From Candidatus Nanohaloarchaea archaeon (GTDB lineage Archaea > Nanohalarchaeota > Nanosalinia > Nanosalinales > Nanosalinaceae), in assembly GCA_042217695.1 (NCBI GenBank), contig JBDGSE010000010.1, positions 1 through 25,633 of the forward strand: a DNA stretch of 25,633 bases, read 5' to 3'. The position numbers and the translations under genes are program-made. Every line of letters starts with the position of its first letter. Positions within the stretch are counted from its first letter, which is position 1. The notes below the pieces were generated by a model. That model was not told the origin of the DNA. It saw only the letters and a program-made list of their open reading frames with translations, and ran no database searches. Of this stretch, positions 9,092-18,096 are shown piece by piece.

Positions 9092-9422
9092 AGACGCCGA
9101 GAAAAACTTCCTGGAAAAAGTCTACAGGAAACTCGAGGAAGACCTGGAAAACCTGGAACAGGACGTTTTTTCATCCCCGGAAGAGGTCTTCGAGGCCGGG
9201 ATATCGATATACGATGAAGACGAGAAGACGCCTCTCCTGGGGATATCTGTCACCGAAGTTCCCGAGGAGATCCTTGAACGGCTTGAGGATAAAGGGGTAG
9301 TCTCGCTCGGGGAAAGAAGAGACCACGTCCGGAAGGAACGCGAAAGCGACGGCGAATTCGCGGCGAGCACCCGCCGAAGGTTCTTCAAGGTCTCCCGGAA
9401 GAAACTGGGAGAGCTGCTGTAG
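9081..9422 (+). CDS. Small hypothetical protein, possible winged-helix DNA-binding fold
   Basis: ATG at 9081 overlaps the upstream ORF end. EILERLEDKGVVS...RRRFFKVS resembles the wHTH recognition helix and wing. Confidence 0.5.
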   Translation: MELEDAEKNFLEKVYRKLEEDLENLEQDVFSSPEEVFEAGISIYDEDEKTPLLGISVTEVPEEILERLEDKGVVSLGERRDHVRKERESDGEFAASTRRRFFKVSRKKLGELL

Positions 9423-9472
9423 ACTGGAAAAAGGTTCAAATAGTTTGCCCGTTCTGTCCATATTTAGATACG

Positions 9473-10945
9473 ATGTCGCAGGAACTAGGTATAACAGTGG
9501 ATAAAGACAGGAACCCGTCGGAATGGTACACCCAGGTAGTCAAGAAGGCCGAACTGGCTGATTACGCTCCTGTAAAGGGCTGCATGGTCATCAAACCCTA
9601 CGGAATGAAGCTCTGGGAGTCCATAAAGGAAGAGTTCGATGAAAAGATAGAGGACACCGGTGTGGACAACGCATACTTCCCGCTTTTCATACCGGAATCC
9701 TACCTCGAGAAAGAGGGCGACATCGTCGAAGGATTTGATCCAGAGGTGGCATGGGTCACCGAGGGCGGAAACGAGGAACTGGATGAGAGGCTCGCGGTAA
9801 GGCCCACCTCCGAGTCAATAATCGCACCTTTCATGAGTAAATGGGTCCGTTCACACCGCGACCTGCCTCTGAGGTTGAACCAGTGGGCGAACGTGGTGCG
9901 CTGGGAGGCCACCGATACCCGGCCCTTTTTACGCACGAGAGAGTTCCTGTGGCAGGAGGGCCACACCGCCCATGCCACCGAGGAGTCCGCGGACGAGGAA
10001 ACAATGCTGAGACTTGAGCAGTACCGCGAGGTAATCGAAGACCACCTGGCAATCCCCTCCATCATGGGTTACAAGCCCGAACATGACAAGTTCCCTGGCG
10101 CGAAGTACACCACCACCATCGAGACGTTGATGCCTGACGGGAAATCCATACAGTCCGGTACCTCGCACCAGCTGGGACAGCACTTCGCGGAGGCGTTCGA
10201 CATAAAGTTCGAGGACGAGAACGCGGAGAAAAAGACCGCATGGACCACCTCATGGGGTCTTTCAACAAGAACTATAGGCGCACTTATAATGGCGCACGGC
10301 GACAACACCGGGTTAAAACTCCCGCCGACCATCGCCCCCATACAGGCCGTGATCGTCCCGATATACCAGGACGACAACCGCGAAGAAGTTCTCGAGTACG
10401 CGGAGAACGTGAGGGAGGAGCTCGAGGACGATGTCCGGGTCAAGCTCGACGACCGCGACCACCGCACGCCGGGCTACAAGTTCAACGAGTGGGAGCTGAA
10501 AGGTGTTCCGCTCAGGCTCGAGATCGGTCCGAACGAGGTAGAAGATGAGGAGGCTACGGCTGTAAGAAGAGACACCGGCGGAGAAGTGAGCATAGGGTTC
10601 GACTCCCTTGAAACAGAGACAGGCGAACTGCTCGACGAGATACAGGAATACATGTACTCCCAGCTCGCCGACTACCTGGAGGCGAACATAAGAGAGGCTG
10701 AATCCAAGGAGGAGATACTTGGAACCATCGGGAAGTCCAGGGGCTACGTGAAGGCCCGCTGGTGTGGAGACCCTGAATGCGAGGAGGAGATAAAGGAGCA
10801 GGTATCCGCCGAGATAGTGGTCCTTCCGTTCCGCGAGGACTCAAAACCGGCGACCATCCAGTCCGAGGAAGAACAGATAGACGGCGAATGCGCGGTCTGC
10901 GGCGAGGACGCGAAACGTTTCGCTTATTTCGCAAAGAACTATTGA
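9473..10945 (+). CDS. proS: Proline--tRNA ligase (archaeal/eukaryal type)
   Basis: VRPTSE, FLRTREFLWQEGHT, SWGLSTR, anticodon-binding domain, C-terminal Cys (Zn) domain ending in FAKNY. Confidence 0.97.
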   Translation: MSQELGITVDKDRNPSEWYTQVVKKAELADYAPVKGCMVIKPYGMKLWESIKEEFDEKIEDTGVDNAYFPLFIPESYLEKEGDIVEGFDPEVAWVTEGGNEELDERLAVRPTSESIIAPFMSKWVRSHRDLPLRLNQWANVVRWEATDTRPFLRTREFLWQEGHTAHATEESADEETMLRLEQYREVIEDHLAIPSIMGYKPEHDKFPGAKYTTTIETLMPDGKSIQSGTSHQLGQHFAEAFDIKFEDENAEKKTAWTTSWGLSTRTIGALIMAHGDNTGLKLPPTIAPIQAVIVPIYQDDNREEVLEYAENVREELEDDVRVKLDDRDHRTPGYKFNEWELKGVPLRLEIGPNEVEDEEATAVRRDTGGEVSIGFDSLETETGELLDEIQEYMYSQLADYLEANIREAESKEEILGTIGKSRGYVKARWCGDPECEEEIKEQVSAEIVVLPFREDSKPATIQSEEEQIDGECAVCGEDAKRFAYFAKNY

Positions 10946-11047
10946 GGCAGTCCTTTACTCAACTTCGCATCTCTGGCGAGAAGCTCAGATCCGTGAAAAA
11001 CTATTAACCATGATCCTTCCGAGAAGCAAACCCCGGCACCGGATAGG

Positions 11048-11056
11048 TATTTAAAG
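11048..11056 (+). promoter_or_regulatory. TATA-like box upstream of psmB
   Basis: TATTTAAAG with a purine-rich BRE-like sequence upstream. Confidence 0.4.
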
Positions 11057-11121
11057 CTAAATCTCGTTAGTTTCGTTATAGAACCAGCTTTTCTCGGAGT
11101 TCTCATATCAACGTGATGTTT

Positions 11122-11772
11122 ATGCAGAAAGATGAACAAGTACAGGGAAAGGATGCAGAAGGATTTGAAACCGGAACAACGACAGTAGGTCTTACAACGG
11201 AAGAAGGAGTGATAATGGCTGCGGACCGCAGAGCGTCCATGGGGCGTCTGACCGCGTCCAAGTACGCGAAGAAGATCTATAAACTGGACGACAGGATAGG
11301 CATGACTATCGCGGGAAGCGTGGGAGACGCGCAGAGGATAGTCCGCATAATGCGTTCCCAGCTGAAGCTCCACAAGCTGGAGACCAAGGAGCTATCCGTA
11401 AAAGGTGCGGGAACTTTACTCGCAAACATACTTCACAACCACAAGATGATGCCGTTCTTCAACCAGTTTGTCATGGGCGGAGTCGACGATGGAGAAGGCG
11501 TGCTCTACGACCTGGATCCCGCGGGAGGACTGATGGAACACAAGAAGTTCACCGCCACAGGTTCGGGCTCCCAGATAGCTTACGGTGTCCTGGAGGACGC
11601 CTGGGAGGAGAGCCTGGATCACGAGGAGGGACGCCAGCTGGCCATAAGAACGGTACAGGCCGCCATGGAACGCGACACAGCCTCCGGCAACGGCATCATG
11701 GTAGTGGAGATCACACCAGAGGAAGGCTACAGGGTTCTCGACGAGAAGGAAGTCGAATCCGTACTTAACTAG
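11122..11772 (+). CDS. psmB: Proteasome subunit beta
   Basis: Short propeptide ending ETG|TTTVG, plus AADRRAS, AGSVGDAQ, TGSGS and RDTASG. The start could also be 11113 or 11116. Confidence 0.96.
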   Translation: MQKDEQVQGKDAEGFETGTTTVGLTTEEGVIMAADRRASMGRLTASKYAKKIYKLDDRIGMTIAGSVGDAQRIVRIMRSQLKLHKLETKELSVKGAGTLLANILHNHKMMPFFNQFVMGGVDDGEGVLYDLDPAGGLMEHKKFTATGSGSQIAYGVLEDAWEESLDHEEGRQLAIRTVQAAMERDTASGNGIMVVEITPEEGYRVLDEKEVESVLN

Positions 11773-11805
11773 AGAGCCTTTTTTACCAGAAGAGAGTGTA
11801 TCAGA

Positions 11806-13683
11806 ATGGAAGAGCTAGAAGACGTAAAGGAATTTTTACCGCCGAACGCGGATGTATCCGATATCAGGTTCGAAGCCTCAGACATAGTCATCTATACCGA
11901 CAGCAAGGAGTTCTTCCTTGACAACTCGGATACAGTCAAGAAGATCGTGAACGAACTCAAGAAACGGGTTGAGATTCGGCCCTCGCCGAAACTCATCAAG
12001 GAACCGGAGAACGCCCGGAAGCAGCTGGAAGAGATCGTGGACGACGAGGCCGGGATAGAGGACGTTATATTCCAGCCGTCTCTTGGAAAGATGATAGTGA
12101 GGGCAGAAAAACCTGGAAGCGTGATAGGGAAGAACGGCGCCGGCCTCCAGAAGATACGCGAGGCAACCTACTGGGCACCCCAGGTCGAACGCGTGCCCGC
12201 CATACAGTCCAAGATAGTGGACCGGGCCCGGGAACTGACCGTGGAGGACCCTGAGTTCCGGAAGGAGTTTCTGCACGATGTGGGCAAGAAGATAAGGCTC
12301 GAGAAGTCCATGGGGGACGAATGGATCCGTGTGACCGCGCTCGGAGGTTTCCGACAGGTCGGAAGGTCCTCTGTCCTTGTACAGACGGAGGAATCCAATG
12401 TTCTGCTGGACGCGGGTATCAACCCCAGCGCCGAGCCAGGCTCAAAGGAAAACTATCCCTACCTGAACGCCCCGGAGCTCGACCTCGGAAAGCTTGACGC
12501 GGTCGTGCTTTCACACGCCCACATGGACCACAGCGGCATGATACCGTATCTCTACAAGATGGGTTACGACGGCCCGCTGTACGCCACCAAACCCACAAGA
12601 GACATGATGATAATGCAGACCCTGGACTACATCGGTATCGCGCACAAGGAGAACCAGAAGGCGCCGTACGACTCATCCGCGATAAAGAAGGCGGTGAAGA
12701 GAACTATCACCCCCGACTACGGAGAGGTCACGGATATCACACCAGACATGCGGTTGACTATGAGGAACGCGGGACACATACTTGGATCCTCGCTGGTACA
12801 CCTCCACGTTGGAGAAGGACTGCATAACATACTCTACACCGGAGACTACAACTACGACCGGACCGAGATGCTCAACCCGGCGGATACAAACTTCCAGCGG
12901 GTGGAAACCATGATAACGGAGTCGACTTACGGAGGTAAAGACGACAAACAGCAGCCGCGGGAGGAGTCCAACAAGAAGTTCCTGTCCAAGGTGAAGCAGA
13001 CGCTCAGCAAGGGAGGAAAGGTTATCGTTCCAGTCTTCGCTATAGGTCGTTCACAGGAGATTCTGGGACTTCTCGCGGACGAGATGGCCCGCGAATACTT
13101 CGACTATCCCGTCTACGTCGACGGCATGATACACGACGCCAACGCGTTACACACCGCGTACCCGGAGTACCTCTCCAAGAAAGTACAGAAGAAGGTATAC
13201 CAGGAGAACTCCCCGTTCCTGATGGAGAACCTGGAGCCGGTCGGCTCCCACCAGGAGAGGGAGGAGATAATGAACGACGAGAACCCGGCCATCATACTCA
13301 CGACCTCGGGCATGGTGACGGGAGGGCCGATAATGTCCTACCTGAAGAGACTGGCGAAGGATGAGGAGAACGCGATGATATTCGTCGGTTACCAGGCCGA
13401 AGGCACGCTGGGCAGAAAGATTCAGAACGGCCGCGACAGGGTCGAAATAGACGGTGAACGGGTCCCGATAAACCTGGACGTATCAAGTGTCTCGGGCTTC
13501 TCGGCGCACAGCGACCGACAGCAGATAATCAACTTCGCCAAGAACCTGCGGTCCAGCCCGAACCGCGTACTGACCAACCACGGCGAGGAGAGCAAGTGTT
13601 TCTCACTGGCGAGCGCGCTCCACAAGATAATGCATATCGACACCTCTGCGCCGCAGAACCTGGAGACCATCCGCCTGAATTGA
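11806..13683 (+). CDS. fttA: Beta-CASP ribonuclease aCPSF1 / transcription termination factor FttA
   Basis: N-terminal KH domains (PGSVIGKNG), LGGFRQVGRS, SHAHMDH, AGHILGS, ESTYGG, GFSAHSD; conserved adjacency to psmB. Confidence 0.95.
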   Translation: MEELEDVKEFLPPNADVSDIRFEASDIVIYTDSKEFFLDNSDTVKKIVNELKKRVEIRPSPKLIKEPENARKQLEEIVDDEAGIEDVIFQPSLGKMIVRAEKPGSVIGKNGAGLQKIREATYWAPQVERVPAIQSKIVDRARELTVEDPEFRKEFLHDVGKKIRLEKSMGDEWIRVTALGGFRQVGRSSVLVQTEESNVLLDAGINPSAEPGSKENYPYLNAPELDLGKLDAVVLSHAHMDHSGMIPYLYKMGYDGPLYATKPTRDMMIMQTLDYIGIAHKENQKAPYDSSAIKKAVKRTITPDYGEVTDITPDMRLTMRNAGHILGSSLVHLHVGEGLHNILYTGDYNYDRTEMLNPADTNFQRVETMITESTYGGKDDKQQPREESNKKFLSKVKQTLSKGGKVIVPVFAIGRSQEILGLLADEMAREYFDYPVYVDGMIHDANALHTAYPEYLSKKVQKKVYQENSPFLMENLEPVGSHQEREEIMNDENPAIILTTSGMVTGGPIMSYLKRLAKDEENAMIFVGYQAEGTLGRKIQNGRDRVEIDGERVPINLDVSSVSGFSAHSDRQQIINFAKNLRSSPNRVLTNHGEESKCFSLASALHKIMHIDTSAPQNLETIRLN

Positions 13684-13705
13684 AGGAAAAAAGAGAAAAA
13701 GAGGT

Positions 13706-13972
13706 TCAGGCCAGGTTATCGGGCATGTCCAGTTCTTCGAACTTGCTGGCCACATTGGACTTCAGGGATACCCTGGCCGGTGTGCCGAGTTTGCCGATGT
13801 AGATATCGACCAGTTTCTCGATGGTTCTCTTATCTCCCGAGAACTCGGTGACGGCGCCGTCTTCGGAAACCTCCAGTCCGTCCACCTGGTTCGCCAGCTT
13901 GACCGCGTTACTCGTCCCCAGGGCCGAGGCCTCGTGCTTGACTATCTCTTCAGCCAGTTCTCTGTATGCCAT
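13706..13972 (-). CDS. Small soluble hypothetical protein (88 aa)
   Basis: SD GAGGTGA before ATG 13972; helical/beta pattern (LGTSNAVKLANQVDGLEVSEDGAV); 10 bp downstream of the membrane-protein gene. Confidence 0.75.
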   Translation of the reverse strand: MAYRELAEEIVKHEASALGTSNAVKLANQVDGLEVSEDGAVTEFSGDKRTIEKLVDIYIGKLGTPARVSLKSNVASKFEELDMPDNLA

Positions 13973-13982
13973 CACAATCACC

Positions 13983-14399
13983 TCAGATAGCCCGGTATGT
14001 CTGTATGAAACCGCCAGCTGTCAGTAGAGAGGCGATCAGGAACAGGTATACCATCGCGGCCTCCGATGGAGCTGCTATCTTCAGTACTTCGGAAGATGCG
14101 TGCCAGAGGACGTAGATCGAGTAGAACGCTATACCGCCTCCAACTGTGTAGAGGGCCCGACCTATGTCTCCCCCGTACTTGTTTGCCGTGGCTGTCACGG
14201 CCGTTATCGACGTGAGTCCTCCGAGGATGATAAGTACCTCGGCGGGGAGGTGGAATGGTATCGCTTCCTCGTGTTCTGCGTTATGGTCTGTCCCGGTTGT
14301 CTGGTTGTCCTGTGCGGCTGCAGGTACTGCCAGCGAGACCGCCAGCAATACCAGTAATACAGCTGTAATCGGTTTTGAATCCTTGAATTCCGGTGTCAT
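13983..14399 (-). CDS. Membrane protein: signal peptide, His-containing linker and 3 TM helices
   Basis: Hydrophobic N-terminus ending AAA|Q, then DHNAEHEE, then three hydrophobic segments. Confidence 0.75.
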   Translation of the reverse strand: MTPEFKDSKPITAVLLVLLAVSLAVPAAAQDNQTTGTDHNAEHEEAIPFHLPAEVLIILGGLTSITAVTATANKYGGDIGRALYTVGGGIAFYSIYVLWHASSEVLKIAAPSEAAMVYLFLIASLLTAGGFIQTYRAI

Positions 14400-14617
14400 G
14401 ATTGCACCTGTGCGGAAATAACGCCAGCTAGTTTAAATAATTTACTAATATCTGAGTTTTTTTGTGCCTGATCGAGGCGTCTGAGTTCCCTGAAAGGCGT
14501 GAAACTCTGTGAGTGGCTGCGACCGGATGTTTGAATGTGAGATAACGGGGAACACAAACTCTCGATGCCGATACCCATGCTATTTATTAAAGGACCGACA
14601 ATTTTTTTCTGATAACC

Positions 14618-15355
14618 ATGGATTTACATCTGGATGACAGGGTCGCTATCGTCACAGGCGGCTCCTCCGGGATAGGGAAGGCGATAGCCGAGAGACTTGT
14701 TGCGGAAGGAGCTGACGTGGTGATAGCCGACGTGGACGTTGAAGCCGGTGAAGAAGTCGCGGACGAGATCGGCTGCGAGTTCAAGGAATGCGATGTCTCC
14801 GACTGGGAGGCCGTGAAACACCTGGTCGCGAGCACGGTCGACGACTACGGCAAACTCGATATAATGGTGAACAACGCGGGTATCGGCAGCACCCACGGCA
14901 TCGATGAGATGGAGATAGAGGAATGGAACAAGATACTGTCGGTGGACCTTGACGGAGTTATGCACGGCACAAAGGCCGCTATCGGCCACCTGAAGGAATC
15001 CGAGGGTGTCGTGATAAACATCGCCTCCATCTATGGCCTGGTGGGCGACGTTGGCGCCACCGCGTACAACGCAGCGAAAGGCGGGGTAGTCAACTTTACC
15101 CGCTCGGTGGCGGACGATGTCGCGACCGACGGTGTACGCGTCAACTCGGTGTGTCCTGGCTTCGTCGATACAGCGATGACCGAGGAGGCCCTGAAGGACG
15201 AGGACTTCAGGCAACACGTCCTGGGAGAGACACCGATGGACCGCGTCGCGGAACCGGAAGAGATCGCGAACGTTGTAGCATTCCTGGCCTCTGAGGAGGC
15301 GTCCTACGTCACCGGTATCAACATGCCTGTGGACGGGGGATGGACCTCTCACTGA
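14618..15355 (+). CDS. Short-chain dehydrogenase/reductase (classical SDR)
   Basis: TGGSSGIG, NNAG, catalytic YNAAK, VCPG, VDGG. The Asp in IADVD suggests NAD preference. TATA-like TTTATTAA about 30 bp upstream. Confidence 0.95.
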   Translation: MDLHLDDRVAIVTGGSSGIGKAIAERLVAEGADVVIADVDVEAGEEVADEIGCEFKECDVSDWEAVKHLVASTVDDYGKLDIMVNNAGIGSTHGIDEMEIEEWNKILSVDLDGVMHGTKAAIGHLKESEGVVINIASIYGLVGDVGATAYNAAKGGVVNFTRSVADDVATDGVRVNSVCPGFVDTAMTEEALKDEDFRQHVLGETPMDRVAEPEEIANVVAFLASEEASYVTGINMPVDGGWTSH

Positions 15356-16572
15356 ACTCCTTTTTCTTCATATTTTATCTCTCTCACGAACTCTGAGTCC
15401 AGTATATCCTTTATCTGTTCCGATGTCTGCCTGTACTCATCTTTGATCTCTTCCAGCCGTTCTCTCAGCTCTCTCCGGTCCTCTCCCTTCTCTTCGACCC
15501 TGTCGCTGAGCCTGTCGATCTCCTTCTCCAGGCGTTTTTCCTTCTCAAGTATCTCCCGGTTCTCCAGTTCCTCATTCTTTCCCTGGATCTCTTTTTCCAG
15601 CTGCTGCAGGTTCTCGGTGTAGGCGGTGAACCTCTCCAGTTCATCGAGCGCCTCCAGGAGTTTCTTCCTCTGTGACTCATCCAGCAGACCGGCGGGAAGC
15701 TTCTTCCTGGCCTCCTCCACCGCGGCCTCGGTTTCCGCTGGTTTCTCCCTGAGAGAGTCCAGTTCACCGTCTCTTACCCGTTTCAGCAGGTCGAGATGCT
15801 CGAGCTCTATCTCGCCGTTTTCCGCCTGGTAAACCAGTTTTTTCATCCCTCGTTCGGAGCGGGAGAGCTCTCTTCTCATCTCTTTCTTCACCGAGCGCTT
15901 CTCGGATTTCAGCTCCTGGAGTTCCTCCCGTGTCTTCTCGTAGTCCTGCCAGGCCGAGCTTTCGTGCAGCTCCTCCAGCTCTTCCTTTTTCTCCTCAAGT
16001 TCCTGTCCGGTGTTCGACTCCTCGATCTTCTCCAGTCGTTCCTTGACGTGTTCGCGTTCGTCCTCCAGCCTCTCCAGTTCTTCCACCGCGTCCTCGAGCT
16101 CGGATCGGTGTTCCAGCACGGTGTACTCGTTCCCCAGGAAATCTTCAAGCGACTCTGTCTCCTTCCTGACCTTTTCCAGTTTCTGCGGTATATCCGAGGG
16201 AACGTTCTCCATCACGGCGGCCTCCTTCTGTGTCATCGTCTGGAAGTCCTCCAGGAATTCCTCGAGCTGTTCGTGGAGTTTCTCCGGGGAGGCCTGGAGG
16301 TCTATCCCGGATATCATCTTTTCCCTGTCCTTCGCTATGTTCTCTGCGACATCTTCTACTATCGCCCTGTCCTTCTCATCGCTGTGCTCTTTCAGAGTTT
16401 CCAGTTCGTGGTCAAGCTCTTCCAGGGCTTCCTCGATATCTTCCCGGTGTTCCCCGGCCTTTTCCTCCGCCTTCTCCAGCTCATCTTTTTTCTTTTCGGC
16501 AAAGAATTCGTCGGCTTCCTCGACCTGGACCTGGAATGGTTCCCGGAACCTGGCTATAAATTCCCTGAACAT
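15349..16572 (-). CDS. Long coiled-coil hypothetical protein (407 aa)
   Basis: E/K/L heptad-rich throughout with no ATPase motifs. ATG 16572 is preferred because the track's 45-aa extension is compositionally unlike the rest. Confidence 0.8.
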   Translation of the reverse strand: MFREFIARFREPFQVQVEEADEFFAEKKKDELEKAEEKAGEHREDIEEALEELDHELETLKEHSDEKDRAIVEDVAENIAKDREKMISGIDLQASPEKLHEQLEEFLEDFQTMTQKEAAVMENVPSDIPQKLEKVRKETESLEDFLGNEYTVLEHRSELEDAVEELERLEDEREHVKERLEKIEESNTGQELEEKKEELEELHESSAWQDYEKTREELQELKSEKRSVKKEMRRELSRSERGMKKLVYQAENGEIELEHLDLLKRVRDGELDSLREKPAETEAAVEEARKKLPAGLLDESQRKKLLEALDELERFTAYTENLQQLEKEIQGKNEELENREILEKEKRLEKEIDRLSDRVEEKGEDRRELRERLEEIKDEYRQTSEQIKDILDSEFVREIKYEEKGVQ

Positions 16573-16660
16573 GTTGATGTATGGGGCGGAGACATTGAAA
16601 GGATTACCTGCCCCACCGCACACATTTAGGGTTGCTTTGCTATCACTACCCCTGGTTCCG

Positions 16661-17027
16661 ATGACTGTTCTGAGGACACCAGAGAGGAACCGGACATGGA
16701 AAGACATGGCAAGAGGACGCCAAAGATCTCGCCCGGCAGATGGCGGAGGTCGATGATGCTCTGGACGCGGCCAGGGCTATCGTGGCCGGCAGAGCAGGAC
16801 CCGGCCTGGCTCACAGGAGAACAGGGTTTTCATCACCAGGACTTTCCCGCCTACGCACCGTAAAGTGTCTGAAGAGGTCCACGGCAGCCGCGGATACATG
16901 GCAGATGTGGCGGATATGATGGCTGATTACCGGGGTTGTTGACCGGCTGGTGTAGGCCGAGAAGCGTGTAGGGCATGTTACAGTGGACCGGAGGGTTCGC
17001 TCCTTCGTTCTGAAGGAGCAGGACTGA
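16661..17027 (+). pseudogene. Frameshifted remnant of a possible wHTH protein
   Basis: Consecutive protein-like fragments in shifting frames, with one internal TAG (see findings). Confidence 0.4.
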
Positions 17028-17065
17028 ACGGAGTCTTTAAGTTTCTCCGGGCCGGTTCCTGAATT

Positions 17066-17320
17066 ATGGTTTACGAAGTTAAATGTGCGGAATGCGGCAA
17101 AGTCATAGATTTTGGTGGCCGTGAACCCTCCGATTTCTCTGGCGAGGAAAAGCTGCCTGAGGACGCGATAGAGTTCCAGGGAGATGTATACTGCCGGGAA
17201 TGCGTCAAGAAGTTCGTCCAGTTCGGAGTGGGCGAGATCGAGGAACGTGTCGACCAGCTGGAGGACAACCTGGAGGAAGTGATGGATGCCGTGGGTATAG
17301 AGAAGGATATGGGCTCTTGA
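17066..17320 (+). CDS. Small Zn-binding (CxxC...CxxC) protein with C-terminal coiled coil
   Basis: CAECG and YCRECV motifs; TTTAAG about 28 bp upstream suggests a leaderless transcript. Confidence 0.8.
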   Translation: MVYEVKCAECGKVIDFGGREPSDFSGEEKLPEDAIEFQGDVYCRECVKKFVQFGVGEIEERVDQLEDNLEEVMDAVGIEKDMGS

Positions 17321-17415
17321 ATAGTTGGCGGATGAAGCTGCCAGGAAGCATGGTTTCCTGGCGTTCCAGGGAAGGCTTCAGGTTGCTGAAAACTGGAGAG
17401 GGGGGTGGACGTTTT

Positions 17416-17781
17416 TTACTCGTCCTCGACCTTTTCGTTGCTCCTTGCTATCTTTGCGTAGCTCGGGCAGGCGACTATCCAGTCCTCGTCGACGCCGGCC
17501 ATGTCTCCATCGATCGCCTTGATCGTCTTCTTCAGTCGTTTGACGGCCCGCTTCAGGGAGGTCATCTCCTTGTCCTTGAGCGGCTGGATGTTTATCCAGA
17601 CGATGTGGTCGTTCCGGAGATGTTCCTGTGCCTCCTCCACGTCATCAAATTCAGTGAGGGTTACAGCCCGTATAACAACTTTCTCATCAGAGTCAGTCAT
17701 CTGTGCGTCGAGTTCGACAAAGTCATCGTCCACGAGGCTTTCTTCGTTGTTGTCGTTCTTTGAGAGGAATCCCAGTGCCAT
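17416..17781 (-). CDS. sepF: Cell division protein SepF
   Basis: Short amphipathic N-terminus, DDFVELD, and core IVWINIQPLK...IDGDMAGVDEDWIVACP; next to UPF0147. Confidence 0.88.
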   Translation of the reverse strand: MALGFLSKNDNNEESLVDDDFVELDAQMTDSDEKVVIRAVTLTEFDDVEEAQEHLRNDHIVWINIQPLKDKEMTSLKRAVKRLKKTIKAIDGDMAGVDEDWIVACPSYAKIARSNEKVEDE

Positions 17782-17838
17782 CGATTTATTTACCTCTTGG
17801 TTATTACTTCTCGGACAGATTTTTATACATTTTCGGTT

Positions 17839-18087
17839 TCAGTCGTTGAGGCTTTCGACCTTGGAGGCCAGGTTCCAGATCTCGGTCCGTGTGTGCTGCT
17901 TGATGTTCGGGTCGTTGCTTATCTCGTCGAGGATGGATGACGCGGAGTTGACCCTTACTGACAGGTCCTTCTCCTCGTCTTCAAGGTACTGACTGGCCTC
18001 TTCCAGCATCTCCGAGACATTGGAGGGGACCCCATTCTTGTCGGCCAGGTCCCTCATCCTCTGGACCAAGGATTCCACTGAAGCCAT
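17839..18087 (-). CDS. UPF0147 family protein
   Basis: VPSNV and SILDEISNDPNIKQHTRTEIWNLASKVE; SD AGGTGG before ATG 18087. Confidence 0.9.
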   Translation of the reverse strand: MASVESLVQRMRDLADKNGVPSNVSEMLEEASQYLEDEEKDLSVRVNSASSILDEISNDPNIKQHTRTEIWNLASKVESLND

Positions 18088-18096
18088 GGAAACCAC

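Noticed and set aside
10946..11007. Second KNY-stop echo after proS, suggesting an alternative C-terminus by frameshift
   Set aside because: The similarity is only about 12 nt, there is no slippery site, and the normal C-terminus is intact. Probably chance.
450..16756. Long antisense or overlapping ORFs in the track (e.g. 2933-4258, 14624-15352, 15796-16629, 16010-16756)
   Set aside because: Shadow ORFs of GC-rich, Glu-rich genes, with Ser/Leu-rich translations and no motifs.
16580..17030. RNase P RNA or SRP RNA (minus-strand GGGAAAGTCC near 16840)
   Set aside because: No matching 3' P4 strand (ACAGAA...GGCUUA) and no SRP helix-8 motif were found. A decayed CDS explains the region better, although a covariance search was not run.
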